Shown: positions 1 through 11,948, counted from the stretch's first letter. The stretch is 64,000 nucleotides of DNA from Reclinomonas americana ATCC 50394 (GCA_048213135.1 PS015030.1:59361-123360); one strand, 5' to 3'. The notes: generated by a model from the letters alone, not told the origin. Program-made: numbers and translations.

Positions 1-252
1 AGTGGGGGAAGAGTGGGGAAGTGAGGGGGAGAGAGAGAGGGAGAGAAAGGGAAGCGAGGGGGAAGAGAGCGGAGGAAGAGTGGGGAAGACAGGAGATAGG
101 CAAGGAGAACAGAGAAAGAGAGGAAAGAGAAGAAGATGAAGAAGAGGATGAGAGGAATGAGAAGAGGAGAGTACCAGCTGAAGAATGGAAGGCGAGAGAA
201 GAGGAAACAGACAAAGATAGACGAGACAAGAATTTTCTCGGCGTCGCGCAAC

Positions 253-1657
253 TTGGAAATCTCCATCACCACCTGCGGCTGCGGCGGGTTGCTCAAGTGG
301 TTCTCAATGTCACGCAGCACCAGAATTCGCTCATTCAGCGCAATGAACAGGTCGCCGTGGTGGAAGGCGATGCCGTTGGGGATGGTCAGGTTGTGCGCAA
401 TGGTGTACACCTGCTGCACCTTGTAGTCGGCCGTCATGGTGATGGCCCACACGTCGGTGCTGGCGTGGGGGTCCTACGCGGGGAGAGGGGTGAGGGGAAA
501 GGGAGGAGAAGGGAAGGCGACGCAAGAACGAGGACGAGATAGACACGACACTTCCAGCCAGTGCATTTCATGAATCCATGTCGTAGCGACAGGAGGCACA
601 GGCCAGAGACACTACGGCGCGTGAGACGGGGAGAGAGTGCGCGAGAGAGTACGAGTGAAAGAGACAGACAAGAAGGCACAGAAAGGCGATGAGGTACAGA
701 GAGGGTGCGTGGGATGGGAAGGATGTGAGAGAAGGAAGACGGAATGCGTGGCAGACAGATGGCGAGTGAGTGAAAGAGAAAGGAGGGAGAGAAAGAGAGC
801 GAAAGAGAAGGAAGAAAAGGACAGAGCACGTGAGAGATGGAGAGAGAAAGACACAGACAAACAGACACAAAATGTTATGAGGTAAAGAGAGGGTGGGAGG
901 GGAGGAACGAGACGGAAGGAAGAGATGCAGAATGCGTAGAAATATGGCGATAGTCGGAAAGAGAAGAAAGGGAGAGAGAGAGTGAGAGAGACAGACAGAC
1001 AGACAGACAGAAAGAAAGAGAGACAAACAGACACAGAGAGGCGATAAGGTACAGCGAGAGTGGGAGGTGGTGCGTGGGATGGGAACTGACGAGAGACAGA
1101 AAGCGAGGAAGACAGATGGCGAGAGAGCAAAAGAGAAGGCACAAAGGGAGAGAGAGAGAAAGGGAGTATGAGTGACCACGAAGAACATTAGAAGCACAGA
1201 GCAAGTGAGCAAGAGACAGACAGAGAATGAGACAGAGAGAGAGAGAGGGTGTGTGCCTGCATGTGACTCAACATTAAAGTTGAAGGAGCCAACAAAGATG
1301 GTTCCGCGCGGACTACGATCGAGCGAGCGAGAATAGGGAAGTCCACTGGCAAACAACTCGATCTTGTACCTGTCGACAATGCAAAACAAATCAATCAGTC
1401 ATCATCATCGGATTAATCAATCACAAATGCACAGAAAAAATGCACACAGAGGCAATGACCCCCACATTTTCTTTCTCACACACACACACACTCTCTGTCT
1501 CTCTCTTCTCTCTCAACTTTGAGGAGGGCAGAGGCACGCTCTTCAGCAGCACATCAATGGGCGGGTCATCACTGACTGGGCTCGATGCAGCCACAAAGGC
1601 AGTGAGGGAGAGGAGGAGAAGCACAAAGAGCACTGAGGTGCGAGGAGCGAGCGACAT
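253..1657 (-). CDS. Secreted glucose/sorbosone dehydrogenase (GSDH, PQQ-type beta-propeller) family protein; 5' part only, continues beyond window start
   Basis: Spliced exons 1657-1518, ~1369-1273 and ~473-253 give a signal peptide (MSLAPRTSVLFVLLLLSLTAFVAA) then LPSSKYKIELFASGLPYSRSLDRSPRGTIFVGS...YTIAHNLTIPNGIAFHHGDLFIALNERILVL, resembling the N-terminus of bacterial L-sorbosone dehydrogenases. GT-AG phases are consistent. Confidence 0.75.
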
Positions 1658-2165
1658 CTGCTCTCTCTCTCTCTCTCTCTCAGTGATCGGAGAATAGGTG
1701 GAGGACGCGCGGAGTTTTTGAAGGACACATTAATTAGTTGTACTTATGGTATACTATGGAAAGTGTAAGAACGAGCAGTCAACATACTGTAGTATTTGTC
1801 TCCTACTCGTTCTTCTTTCATTTTGATTTACTTAGAGTAACTGCAAATGAAAAGCCCCGTTTGTTGGTGACTGCTCGTTCCAACTTCGCACTCTATTGGA
1901 ATCATAATACGCAAGTAATACGACCTTGTATTCCACTCATGAGGTCGCAAGAGTGCAAACACTGATCTAATGAAAACAAAACACTTCATTCACCACATTG
2001 AAGTGCGTGCGACAAATGTCCATGAATCATTTGCCGACACAAACACCATGCTCTTCTCCAGACAGTTATCTTCCCTTTCAGAAGGCAAAGCCAAGCATGC
2101 CCACAAGTATAGTGTCAGCACACTGATGAATTCGAACAGAATTCGAAGCTTTAGGCCGTATGCGT

Positions 2166-2530
2166 GAACTGCAACATCACACAGCTGAAACTGCAACTCC
2201 AGTCGCAGTGGCCAAGGGGAAGGGAGGGTTCCTCAAGAACGTAGAGGCTTGCAGAGACGACAGGCAGGCGTCGACGAATTCGCGATCGCGAACGAACGCG
2301 TATACGTCGATCTGCGACACTCACACATGCAGCTGTAACTGCAACTGCAGTCGCAGTGGCCAAGGGGGGAGGGAGGGTTCTTCATGAACGTAGAGGCTTG
2401 AAGAGACGACAAGCAGACGTCGTGGAATGAAAGATCCGGACGTCGCGATCGATCGATATCTCGCGCGACACTCACACATGCAGCTGCAACTGCAACTGCA
2501 ATCGCAGTGGCCAAGGAGCAGGGAGGTCCA
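2166..2530. repeat. Tandem ~150-bp repeat (about 2.5 copies): conserved ~100-nt core with variable palindrome-rich spacers
   Basis: Core cagctgNaactgcaactgcagtcgcagtggccaagg...gaacgtagaggcttg.agagacgaca recurs at ~2182, ~2330 and ~2481. Confidence 0.85.
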
Positions 2531-2683
2531 GAAAGGCCGCGCGGGCTTGCCTCTGACGCGACAAGCACGGTCAAGGCTTGCCGAAACCCTCGTTCTGCAA
2601 CGTCGCAGATATCGAAATTGCGCCCCACTTGTCTCTCCCCTTCCCGCGCGTGTTCACCCATCCCGCCCTCTCTCCCTCTTCTC

Positions 2684-2890
2684 ATGCCTCACTGCTCCAG
2701 CGGTCACCCCATGACAGCCATGTTCAACATTCCTTCGCGTTACGGTGACTGGCCGCGATGTGACGGGTGCGGGCGCCAGTTCAACAGCACAGATGGACCG
2801 GCGGAGGGCTTCTTCCACTGTGAGCACTGCTCGGTGCCGCCGGGCTATGATTTCTGCAAGTCGTGTGCGCATGAGGATGTTGCGTGTTGA
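2684..2890 (+). CDS. ZZ/C1-like zinc-finger protein (small ORF or first exon of a longer gene)
   Basis: MPHCSSGHPM...CDGCG...FFHCEHC...YDFCKSC. A GTTGCG donor-like sequence at 2879 suggests splicing before the stop. Confidence 0.6.
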   Translation: MPHCSSGHPMTAMFNIPSRYGDWPRCDGCGRQFNSTDGPAEGFFHCEHCSVPPGYDFCKSCAHEDVAC

Positions 2891-3064
2891 GAGTGGAGGG
2901 GAAGGGAGAGTTGCATGATTTCCCGCTCACAGAGCTCTTGTGGAGTGTGAGGGGAGAGGGCATGTGTGAGTGAGTGTGCCTGTGGTGCTCTGTGTGTGTG
3001 TGTGATTCGTTGTCCGCCAATCACTGTCAGATGGGATGATGGTGTACTGTGAAACGGAACACAC

Positions 3065-3988
3065 ATGGGATCGAGCTGTCTCCTGGTGCTCTTCTCTCTT
3101 TCCAACAGCTCCTTTTTGCTTGCTGGCCAGAGAGTTGTCTTGGATCAGAGCTTAGTGGGAGTGAAGAACGAACTCTGCAGTTCTAGTCTTCTGCTGTTTG
3201 TGCTCTCTTCCTGTCTCTCTCGTTGTGACTGGCCACGGAGAAGTCTTGAAGTGGGATGGGAGAACGAGCTGTCTGTCTGGAGTCTCCTGGTGCTCNNNNN
3301 NNNNNNNNNNNNNNNNNNNNNNNNNNNNNNNNNNNNNNNNNNNNNNNNNNNNNNNNNNNNNNNNNNNNNNNNNNNNNNNNNNNNNNNNNNNNNNNNNNNN
3401 NNNNNNNNNNNNNNNNNNNNNNNNNNNNNNNNNNNNNNNNNNNNNNNNNNNNNNNNNNNNNNNNNNNNNNNNNNNNNNNNNNNNNNNNNNNNNNNNNNNN
3501 NNNNNNNNNNNNNNNNNNNNNNNNNNNNNNNNNNNNNNNNNNNNNNNNNNNNNNNNNNNNNNNNNNNNNNNNNNNNNNNNNNNNNNNNNNNNNNNNNNNN
3601 NNNNNNNNNNNNNNNNNNNNNNNNNNNNNNNNNNNNNNNNNNNNNNNNNNNNNNNNNNNNNNNNNNNNNNNNNNNNNNNNNNNNNNNNNNNNNNNNNNNN
3701 NNNNNNNNNNNNNNNNNNNNNNNNNNNNNNNNNNNNNNNNNNNNNNNNNNNNNNNNNNNNNNNNNNNNNNNNNNNNNNNNNNNNNNNNNNNNNNNNNNNN
3801 NNNNNNNNNNNNNNNNNNNNNNNNNNNNNNNNNNNNNNNNNNNNNNNNNNNNNNNNNNNNNNNNNNNNNNNNNNNNNNNNNNNNNNNNNNNNNNNNNNNN
3901 NNNNNNNNNNNNNNNNNNNNNNNNNNNNNNNNNNNNNNNNNNNNNNNNNNNNNNNNNNNNNNNNNNNNNNGTTCTTCCCTACGTCACT

Positions 3989-4031
<43 letters not shown>

Positions 4032-4450
4032 CCTCTCGTTTGCAGTTTGTTGTTGCTCAGAGTCTTTGGGCCGAGAGTTGTCATGTATCGAGGGAGAACG
4101 AACTTGTTTGCAGTCCCCTGGTGTTGCTGTGTGCTCTCTTCACTCTCTCACTCTTCCAGCAGTACCTTGCTTACTGGCCAGAGAGTTGTCTTGGATTAGA
4201 GCTGAGTGGGAGTGGAGAATAGGCTTTTGATGCTTGGGTTTGTGCGCTTTTCCTTCTCCCTCGTTGTGACTGGCCAGAGAGTTGTCTTGGAGTGGGAAGA
4301 GAGAGCGAGCGTTCTGGAGTTTCCTGGTGCTCTTCCCTTTGTCGCTGTGTGCTTTCTTCACTCTCTCTCTTCCAGCAGTACCTTGCTCACTGGCCAGAGA
4401 GTTGAGCTGAGTGGGAGTCTGCTGACGTTCTCCTGCTTCTTTGATGCTGC
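3065..4450. repeat. Degenerate tandem repeat array spanning a gap
   Basis: Motif ctggccagagagttgtcttgga...gtgggag recurs at ~3123, 3229, 4068, 4174, 4270 and 4390. Confidence 0.75.
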
Positions 4451-4629
4451 TTGAGAGTGAGCGCACTCGTTGCTCTGTCGCTGCCTCTCCCTATTCTCCG
4501 TGTGATCCCTTTCTGCTGAACCAAAGGCGACACACTCCTCGTTGCTCCTACGATTCTTCGAATTCCTTGATCCGCATTCACTTCCTCGCCCTTCGTCGCG
4601 CGATCTCCCTGTTGCAGCAGTCACTGTCG

Positions 4630-4680
<51 letters not shown>

Positions 4681-4744
4681 CTTTCTGTCTGTCATTCTTT
4701 CTTTCTCTCAGTCTGACTTGTCTCTTTCTCTCTCCGCCCCTCGC

Positions 4745-4820
4745 TCCTCCTCCTCCTCCTCCTCCTCCTCCTCCTCCTCCTCCTCCTCCTCCTCCTCCTC
4801 CTCCTCCTCCTCCTCCTCCT
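4745..4820. repeat. (CCT)n microsatellite
   Basis: Directly visible. Confidence 0.95.
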
Positions 4821-5850
4821 GCGTATCGAATCCCTTGATTCTGCTCTGAACAACGCAATCGCTTCACTCATTCTGATCTCTCTTGATCCGCATGCGCTCT
4901 TCTGCTTCAGCTTCGAGAGACTCTGTCGACGATCTTCCCTCTCCCTTTTGCTCACCCTTTCCCATCACAGCCGCGCGGTGGCTGGTGGGCCAACGCAATC
5001 GGCCGGATCTGTCACTCGTGAAGAAGCGCGTCGTGCGAGCCTGCAAAGGAGTGAAACTATTGTGTCTGCAAAAAGGGGAGAACGTTGCTGTCACGCGCGC
5101 TCTCTCTTGTCTTGCCAAGGATCGAGGGCAGAGAACGCACATGAGGTGTTTGTAACCGCTTGCGTTGCATGCCAAGGGTCATGGAGGGTCAAGGGCAGAA
5201 GGAAGGTGCTTTATTGGCCAACCTGGGGTCAAGGGCCAGAGCCAGAGGACCCACAGGAGGGTTTGTTAAGCATCCCTGGCCCGTTCCGTGTCACGGAAGG
5301 GTCGTGGATGCAAGTTTTTCGGATCAAGGGCAGCAGATAGGTGTTCAGGGTCAGGGGTCGGAGCCAGAGGACACACAGAGTTGCTGCCGGGTGATAAGAG
5401 GTCATGGGCCAGAGGTCCAGAGGTGGGTTATTGACCAACTTTGACCATGCAAGGGAATAGATGAAGGGCCAGGACTCAAGGGAGCCAACAGAAGTCTTTT
5501 TCGACCTGTCTTGGTGTCAGGAACAAGACCGACGGGCAGAGATCGTCAATCGCAGGAGCCAAGAGTCAAGAGCAGATCGTAGAAGGCGCAGAGCCCACAG
5601 AAGAGTTCTGACCAGCTTTGACCTCCGAAGTCATGGAAAGGGCGCCGAAGAAGGCCAAAAAGTTAAATACAGAGTCGGCACAGCCTCCACACTCATGGAT
5701 GTATCAGTTCAGGATCCAGGGAGATCGGTGCCAGGTTGCAATGGTCAACGCCAAAGGCTAGAGAGTGCCCACACAGCTGCCACAGAAACGTCGGTCCCAT
5801 CGTCCTCTCCCTCTTCCCTCTCCCAGATCCTCTCCCATTCCCTCTTTCGC

Positions 5851-6531
5851 ATGAGCACCCTCCCCCCCATCCGCCTCAAGCAAGCCCTCGAACTACGCGC
5901 CACTGGCGGCGAAGTCTGGGAAGCCGCACGCGTGCTGGCCACCTTCCTTTGCCAACAATCACAGCTACCACTCTCCCGCGTGATCGAGCTGGGCTCCGGC
6001 ACCGGCTTCCTCGCCATCACACTCGCCAAGGCCACTGGTGCATCAGTGACGGCCACCGACCAACGCGTCATGATCGATCTGCTGCAGCACAATGTCGTGC
6101 TGAACCAAATGGACGCCATCGACGAGGAGCTGCAAGTGCAAGTCGCCGAAGTCGACTGGCGCGAGGTCCGCACGTCGGAGGAGATGCAGCGGGCGGTGCG
6201 GGGACCGTGGGACGCTGTGGTGGCCAGCGATGTGCTGTACTTGATTGAGACGTACGGGGATCTGTTGGAGACGGTGCGCGAGTGTCTGCGAACGTCGCCC
6301 GCGCGCACGCCCTTTTTCGTGTGTCATCAGCGGAGAAAGGCGGCGGAGGAGTGTCAGTTTTTTGAGCGGGCGCTGGCTGGAGGCTTTGAGTGTGAGGTGG
6401 TGTGGGAGGGCGAGGCCAAGGCCACTGGTGCGCCCATTACGATTCACCGAATGGTGTTGAAGGATGGTGGTGGTGACGGTAGTGAGGAGGAGGTGACGGT
6501 GGCAGGGATACGTGAGTCGGTGAGTGAGTAG
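5851..6531 (+). CDS. Protein-lysine methyltransferase, Methyltransf_16 (METTL21/EEF1AKMT-like) family; intronless
   Basis: TGGEVWEAARVLA, motif I RVIELGSGTG, post-I VTATD, DW, and motif II/DxxY DAVVASDVLY. Confidence 0.9.
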   Translation: MSTLPPIRLKQALELRATGGEVWEAARVLATFLCQQSQLPLSRVIELGSGTGFLAITLAKATGASVTATDQRVMIDLLQHNVVLNQMDAIDEELQVQVAEVDWREVRTSEEMQRAVRGPWDAVVASDVLYLIETYGDLLETVRECLRTSPARTPFFVCHQRRKAAEECQFFERALAGGFECEVVWEGEAKATGAPITIHRMVLKDGGGDGSEEEVTVAGIRESVSE

Positions 6532-6877
6532 TAAAGTAGGAAAGAAGTGATCGCAACTGCCACTTCTCCGCCTCTCTATGTCTCGCTCTCACAAGGCGAA
6601 CTCAGGCTTGCCGACTTGAGTTGCGTGCGTCTGCGTGGTGGTTTCATGTCGCTTCTCACCTGCTTTCACTCACGGTTGGTGGCCCTTCAGTTCTCTCCCC
6701 CGTTCGCAGACGGCTTCCACCGACTTATCGTCTGTTTCACTCGTCGCTCACATGCCCCCTGGAACATGCATCCTGAGTCACAAATGTTGGCCGCAGAAGC
6801 CTGTGCACATGTGGCTTCTTCCTGCTTCTCATCTTTACTCCGCCGATCGTACCAGCTCACTCTCTTTGGCCTCAGCA

Positions 6878-7200
6878 GGTGCACTGCGGTACTCATGCTT
6901 TTGCAGACTCTCTCTCTCTCTCTTTTTCTTTCTCTCTCTCTTGCTTGCGCAGCACACTGCCAAATTCACGCTGCTACGTAGCAGGCTCTCTCTTTCATTT
7001 CTCACTCTCTCTTCACTATCTCTCTGACTGTGGGCGCTTGCTTATCCAGCACACTGCGGTATTCACGCTGTTGCAAGCTCTCTCTTTCTCTCTTTCTCGC
7101 TCTCTCTCTCTCATCACTTTCTCTCTCTGGCTGTTGGCGCTTGCTTGCGCAGCACACTGCCAAGTTCACGCTGCTACGTAGTAGGCTCTCTCTCTCTCTA
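6878..7200. repeat. Two-copy ~200-bp tandem duplication with CT tracts
   Basis: cttgcttgcgcagcacactgccaaNttcacgctgctacgtagNaggctctctc at ~6940 and ~7140; cactgcggta at ~6882 and ~7052. Confidence 0.8.
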
Positions 7201-7593
7201 TCAGACTCCTCCGACTTTACACATACCGTCCCCGCGTCGTCACGCCTGCTGTGTCGTCGCAGGCTGCTCGATAGCGAGCAGCATGCCTCTCAGAACGCAG
7301 ATCCATTCTGCCTCACTCGCGTCTCTGTTTCTTGCCTTGCAGAACGCGCAGTCAGACTCGCTCGCTATCATTACAGACTTCGACTGCCTACTTGCCTCCT
7401 TAATCGAGATATCGAAAAAGCTCACCTATTTCGTTCATGATTACAGCTTGTCTTCCCACTCGTCATGTCACGAGTCACTCACAGCCTCCAGCTGTTCTCG
7501 TTCTCAGCTTGCTCTTCCCCTTCCAACGTTCTGTTGTCCCGCGCCGCGCCCATTGCATTCGTTCCTGTTTGACTGTCTTGCTTACTTATCATC

Positions 7594-10500
7594 ATGAGCG
7601 ACACAGCAGCTGCTCTCCGACAGATGAACGCGCAGCTCGCAGCACTGACCGAGCAAGTGGCACAGGAGCGATCGGCGCGCCAAGAGGTGTGTGGACACAG
7701 AGGGGAGTGAGAGTTANNNNNNNNNNNNNNNNNNNNNNNNNNGATTGCGACGAGGGAGAGGGTGTTACCCTGTGCCGCAGAGGAAACTTACCAGGCAAAC
7801 ACTTGTTTTGCAGCTGGAGCGCATGTGGAAAGCGGAGAGGGAACAACAGGCGGAGGTTTGTGCGTGTCCGCCAATATACATACAAGTTTTTGACTTGAAT
7901 GTCTCCACCTCGTCTGATATCACCACCTGCCGCAGCGCATGGAGCAGCTGGAGCAGCAGATTGTTGGGCTTGTGTTGCAACTTGAGGACCGCTTGCAGGT
8001 GACGAGCTTAGTGAATTTCTCCGCCCCCTTGTTCCCATGTTTTCTGATGATGAACCGAAGGCTGTTGGAGGCGATCGCGAAACCAGTGGTGCTGCAGGTC
8101 GTGGCCGACCGGCTCAGGCAGGAGAAGGTGCCGCTTCTGCAAGCGGTGTGCAACAGGACGATGTGCGAGAGATGGTGTGTGCTCATTGAGGAGCTTGTCA
8201 AGATACTACTGTACTCACGATCACTGGTGTATCATCAGGTGTCGCAGGAGGTTCAGCTCGGCCGGCGAGTGACAGTCACTGGCATCATGGAGGACGGCCA
8301 TCAAGGATCAGGTATGCTGGGTGCGCAACAACAAGTTCACGTGCTCCTCTCTGACGAGTATGTGCGACTCAGCCGATGTGTCGGCCCGGACCGTTGTCAT
8401 CGGCGGCCTTCACGGTTTTGTCACTCGCCCGCTCCTGCATTGATCGAGCACTGCAGCGTTGTTTTGACATCATCTGATGCGTGGCAGATGCGATGAAGAC
8501 TTCAGACGTGTATAACAAAGACTGGGTGATTCGTGGTGCCGGACACTGCAAGGGCTGTGTGTATACAGCCAAAGATCAGCCCATCAACTCGATTGCCGAT
8601 CCCGATAAGTTCGCCGTGACGTTGCACGCTTGCAAAAAGTGCTTCGCGCCTGCTGCGATTCATGCTTATCTGTCGACAGNNNNNNNNNNNNNNNNNNNNN
8701 NNNNNNNNNNNNNNNNNNNNNNNNNNNNNNNNNNNNNNNNNNNNNNNNNNNNNNNNNNNNNNNNNNNNNNNNNNNNNNNNNNNNNNNNNNNNNNNNNNNN
8801 NNNNNNNNNNNNNNNNNNNNNNNNNNNNNNNNNNNNNNNNNNNNNNNNNNNNNNNNNNNNNNNNNNNNNNNNNNNNNNNNNNNNNNNNNNNNNNNNNNNN
8901 NNNNNNNNNNNNNNNNNNNNNNNNNNNNNNNNNNNNNNNNNNNNNNNNNNNNNNNNNNNNNNNNNNNNNNNNNNNNNNNNNNNNNNNNNNNNNNNNNNNN
9001 NNNNNNNNNNNNNNNNNNNNNNNNNNNNNNNNNNNNNNNNNNNNNNNNNNNNNNNNNNNNNNNNNNNNNNNNNNNNNNNNNNNNNNNNNNNNNNNNNNNN
9101 NNNNNNNNNNNNNNNNNNNNNNNNNNNNNNNNNNNNNNNNNNNNNNNNNNNNNNNNNNNNNNNNNNNNNNNNNNNNNNNNNNNNNNNNNNNNNNNNNNNN
9201 NNNNNNNNNNNNNNNNNNNNNNNNNNNNNNNNNNNNNNNNNNNNNNNNNNNNNNNNNNNNNNNNNNNNNNNNNNNNNNNNNNNNNNNNNNNNNNNNNNNN
9301 NNNNNNNNNNNNNNNNNNNNNNNNNNNNNNNNNNNNNNNNNNNNNNNNNNNNNNNNGTGAGCGTAGCGTCATCCATCTCTATGCCACAGTCAGCCAGTGT
9401 GTTGGAAAGCACCGCTGCTGATGGCAACTGGCGTCCGCGAAACAACTGCCAGTTGCGAAGCAATTGGGGATGATGTCGAAAGAGTACGAGATATCAATAT
9501 CAGCAGGTGATCATGAACGCAACGAAATTGCACTCTCCCGGATCTCTGCGGGCAAAGCGAGGACTTACAGCTTGGATAGCTGTCACGTACAAACACGGCT
9601 GGTGAGCGTGAATGCCAAACGGCAACACCACGAGTGGCGCATTCACAGTCACCTTCGACCAAGTCGAGAATCCTGTAGTCGGTACGGACACGCACTACCA
9701 CAAACAGCGATCTTGAGTAAGACAGGCACACATTACGACGCACTGTGGTGAGGTCAAGCGACATACGTGTGTGCGTGTCTTGAGCATCTTGAATGCGAAT
9801 GCGGATTTCTCGCCCATTGCTACACAGAGCTAAAAGTGAGTTATATGCTGCGCAAGTCATCCCTCATGATTGAGCTCTGACTGTACCGTGGACGTGGAGA
9901 ACAGACAACCTCGCATGAGTCGACAAGGCCGAGCGTGCTGACCTCGTCAGTGAGTGACGTCAACTCGTGACCTCGATACGACAGCGAGAAGGGCCGAGCG
10001 AACTGCGTGATGCCTGTAACACAAAGCGCTGCGTTACACGATGCTGACATTATACATATGATCTGTGAGTATGGAGCGACGCACGGCGCATGAACCCATA
10101 GACTGTGTCGAGTGGAGAGACCGTCACTGTGAAGGCATCAATACAATTTAAATGAGTGAATGTCAACACGTCGTGCATCATGATTGGTGTATAACGTACC
10201 GCTCTCGGTCGCACTTCCGCAGCGCACAGTAACTGTGATGCTGTGTACAACTGGGTGTGAGATTNNNNNNNNNNNNNNNNNNNNNNNNNNNNNNNNNNNN
10301 NNNNNNNNNNNNNNNNNNNNNNNNNNNNNNNNNNNNNNNNNNNNNNNNNNNNNNNNNNNNNNNNNNNNNNNNNGGTAGTCCAACGGTCTGTGTCGATGTC
10401 TTGCAGTGTCGCTACGTCTCCGCCGTGGCAGAGAGTGTGTTCTTACTGTGCATCTCTCAGTGTCCGCGGATCCGATCGCCGCTACAAGACGCACCTCCGG

Positions 10501-10806
10501 CGACTGGATGACGGTGTTGCCGCACGCCTCCGCCACGTGCACGCCTACTCCTACGAGTGGTGTGCCAGCACACCCATTCCCGGCACTGCACCAGGCGTTC
10601 GCGAGGTTGGCATCATGGCACAAGATTTGGAGACGGCCTTTAGCAACGCCAAGGTCGACGGACTGGTCGTCGATGTCGCTGGCACAGCACATGCGCCGCC
10701 GTACAAGCTGGTGGCCTACGAGCGTCTTGTGCCGCTGTTGATCGACGCGGTTAACGAGCACTCGGTTGTGTTGGAGGAGCTGCAAGCCAAGTTGCAGAGC
10801 GTGTGA
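7594..10806 (+). CDS. Multi-exon protein: N-terminal coiled coil, uncharacterised Cys-containing middle region, C-terminal Peptidase_S74 intramolecular chaperone (ICA) domain; joining across gaps is inferred
   Basis: Exons MSDTAAALRQMNAQLAALTEQVAQERSARQE / LERMWKAEREQQAE / RMEQLEQQIVGLVLQLEDRLQ. Last exon 10461-10806 reads VRGSDRRYKTHL...YSYEW...EVGIMAQDLE...LVAYERLVPLLIDAVNE...LEELQAKL. Confidence 0.6.
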
Positions 10807-11214
10807 ATTGATGAGGAGGGGCGCGCCTCAATCCCAGCCCCTCAGTCTCCATTCGCCACCCAACCCCCTCGCATAAATGTGTACATCATTCTTCATTCCA
10901 CCACAGGCAGACATCCCAAACACAAGCAGGCACAAAAGCACACGCCGCTAACCACTCTACAAAGAAACAAGCAGACACAGAAACAAGATTACGTTGTGAC
11001 TCTGTCAAACACACACCATCACCACCATCACCTCCACCACCCACCCACACATCAAGCTGCCTCATCTCCCCACACACCCGATACCGCATTCCTCCTCTCA
11101 CCACCCACACGCCCGCACCAAGGCACACCTGACGGGTGGTACCCCACCACGCACCAGCACCTCCCCCAAAAACTATGCAAACCAGGGAGGCGCCGGCACG
11201 GTGGGCCGTCGGTG

Positions 11215-11305
11215 GCACAATATCAGAGCACCCACACGGAGACCGCTGAGGATCTCGCACATGATCGTGTGCTTTTGCATGTGGGCGCCCGTCACAGATT
11301 GGTGC
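11215..11305 (-). promoter_or_regulatory. Predicted SECIS element (GUGA...UGAU core) in the putative GPx 3' UTR
   Basis: Minus strand reads GCACCAATCT-GTGAC-GGGCGCCCACATG-C-AAAA-GCACA(cgatca)TGTGC-GAGATC(ctcagc)GGTCTC-CGTGTGGGTGCTC-TGAT-ATTGTGC: a 13-bp helix II, tandem GA/AG core, unpaired apical As and a short helix I. Confidence 0.75.
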
Positions 11306-11907
11306 GTTTTTTTCGCGAGGTGGCAAGAGGGAAAGAGGATGCAGACAGAGGGTAGGGGGATTCTCTTCAGCGAGCGGTCGGTGTTGATGGATGGAGGTGA
11401 GCGAGAATGGCGCGTGCGCGCGACAGGAAGCGAGTGTAGCGTCGTCTGTGTGCCCCGATCTCCTGCGTCGTGTTCGAGTCGTCGCCGTCACCGCCGAGGC
11501 GGGTTACTGGGTAAGGGGAGGGGGGAAGGGTGAGAAGGGGGGNNNNNNNNNNNNNNNNNNNNNNNNNNNNNNNNNNNNNNNNNNNNNNNNNNNNNNNNNN
11601 NNNNNNNNNNNNNNNNNNNNNNNNNNNNNNNNNNNNNNNNNNNNNNNNNNNNNNNNNNNNNNNNNNNNNNNNNNNNNNNNNNNNNNNNNNNNNNNNNNNN
11701 NNNNNNNNNNNNNNNNNNNNNNNNNNNNNNNNNNNNNNNNNNNNNNNNNNNNNNNNNNNNNNNNNNNNNNNNNNNNNNNNNNNNNNNNNNNNNNNNNNNN
11801 NNNNNNNNNNNNNNNNNNNNNNNNNNNNNNGAGAGGGGGGAGGAAGCGGAGAGGGAGGAAGGGTGAGATGAAGGGGGACAGGGAGAGGGACAGGGATAAG
11901 GGAGAGG

Positions 11908-11948
<41 letters not shown>

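Noticed and set aside
2166-2530. CRISPR array
   Set aside because: Repeats are about 100 nt, there are only 2-3 units, no cas genes are present and the context is eukaryotic.
5461-5850. N-terminal extension of the methyltransferase ORF
   Set aside because: It runs through repeat-derived and pyrimidine-rich sequence; family similarity begins after the ATG at 5851.
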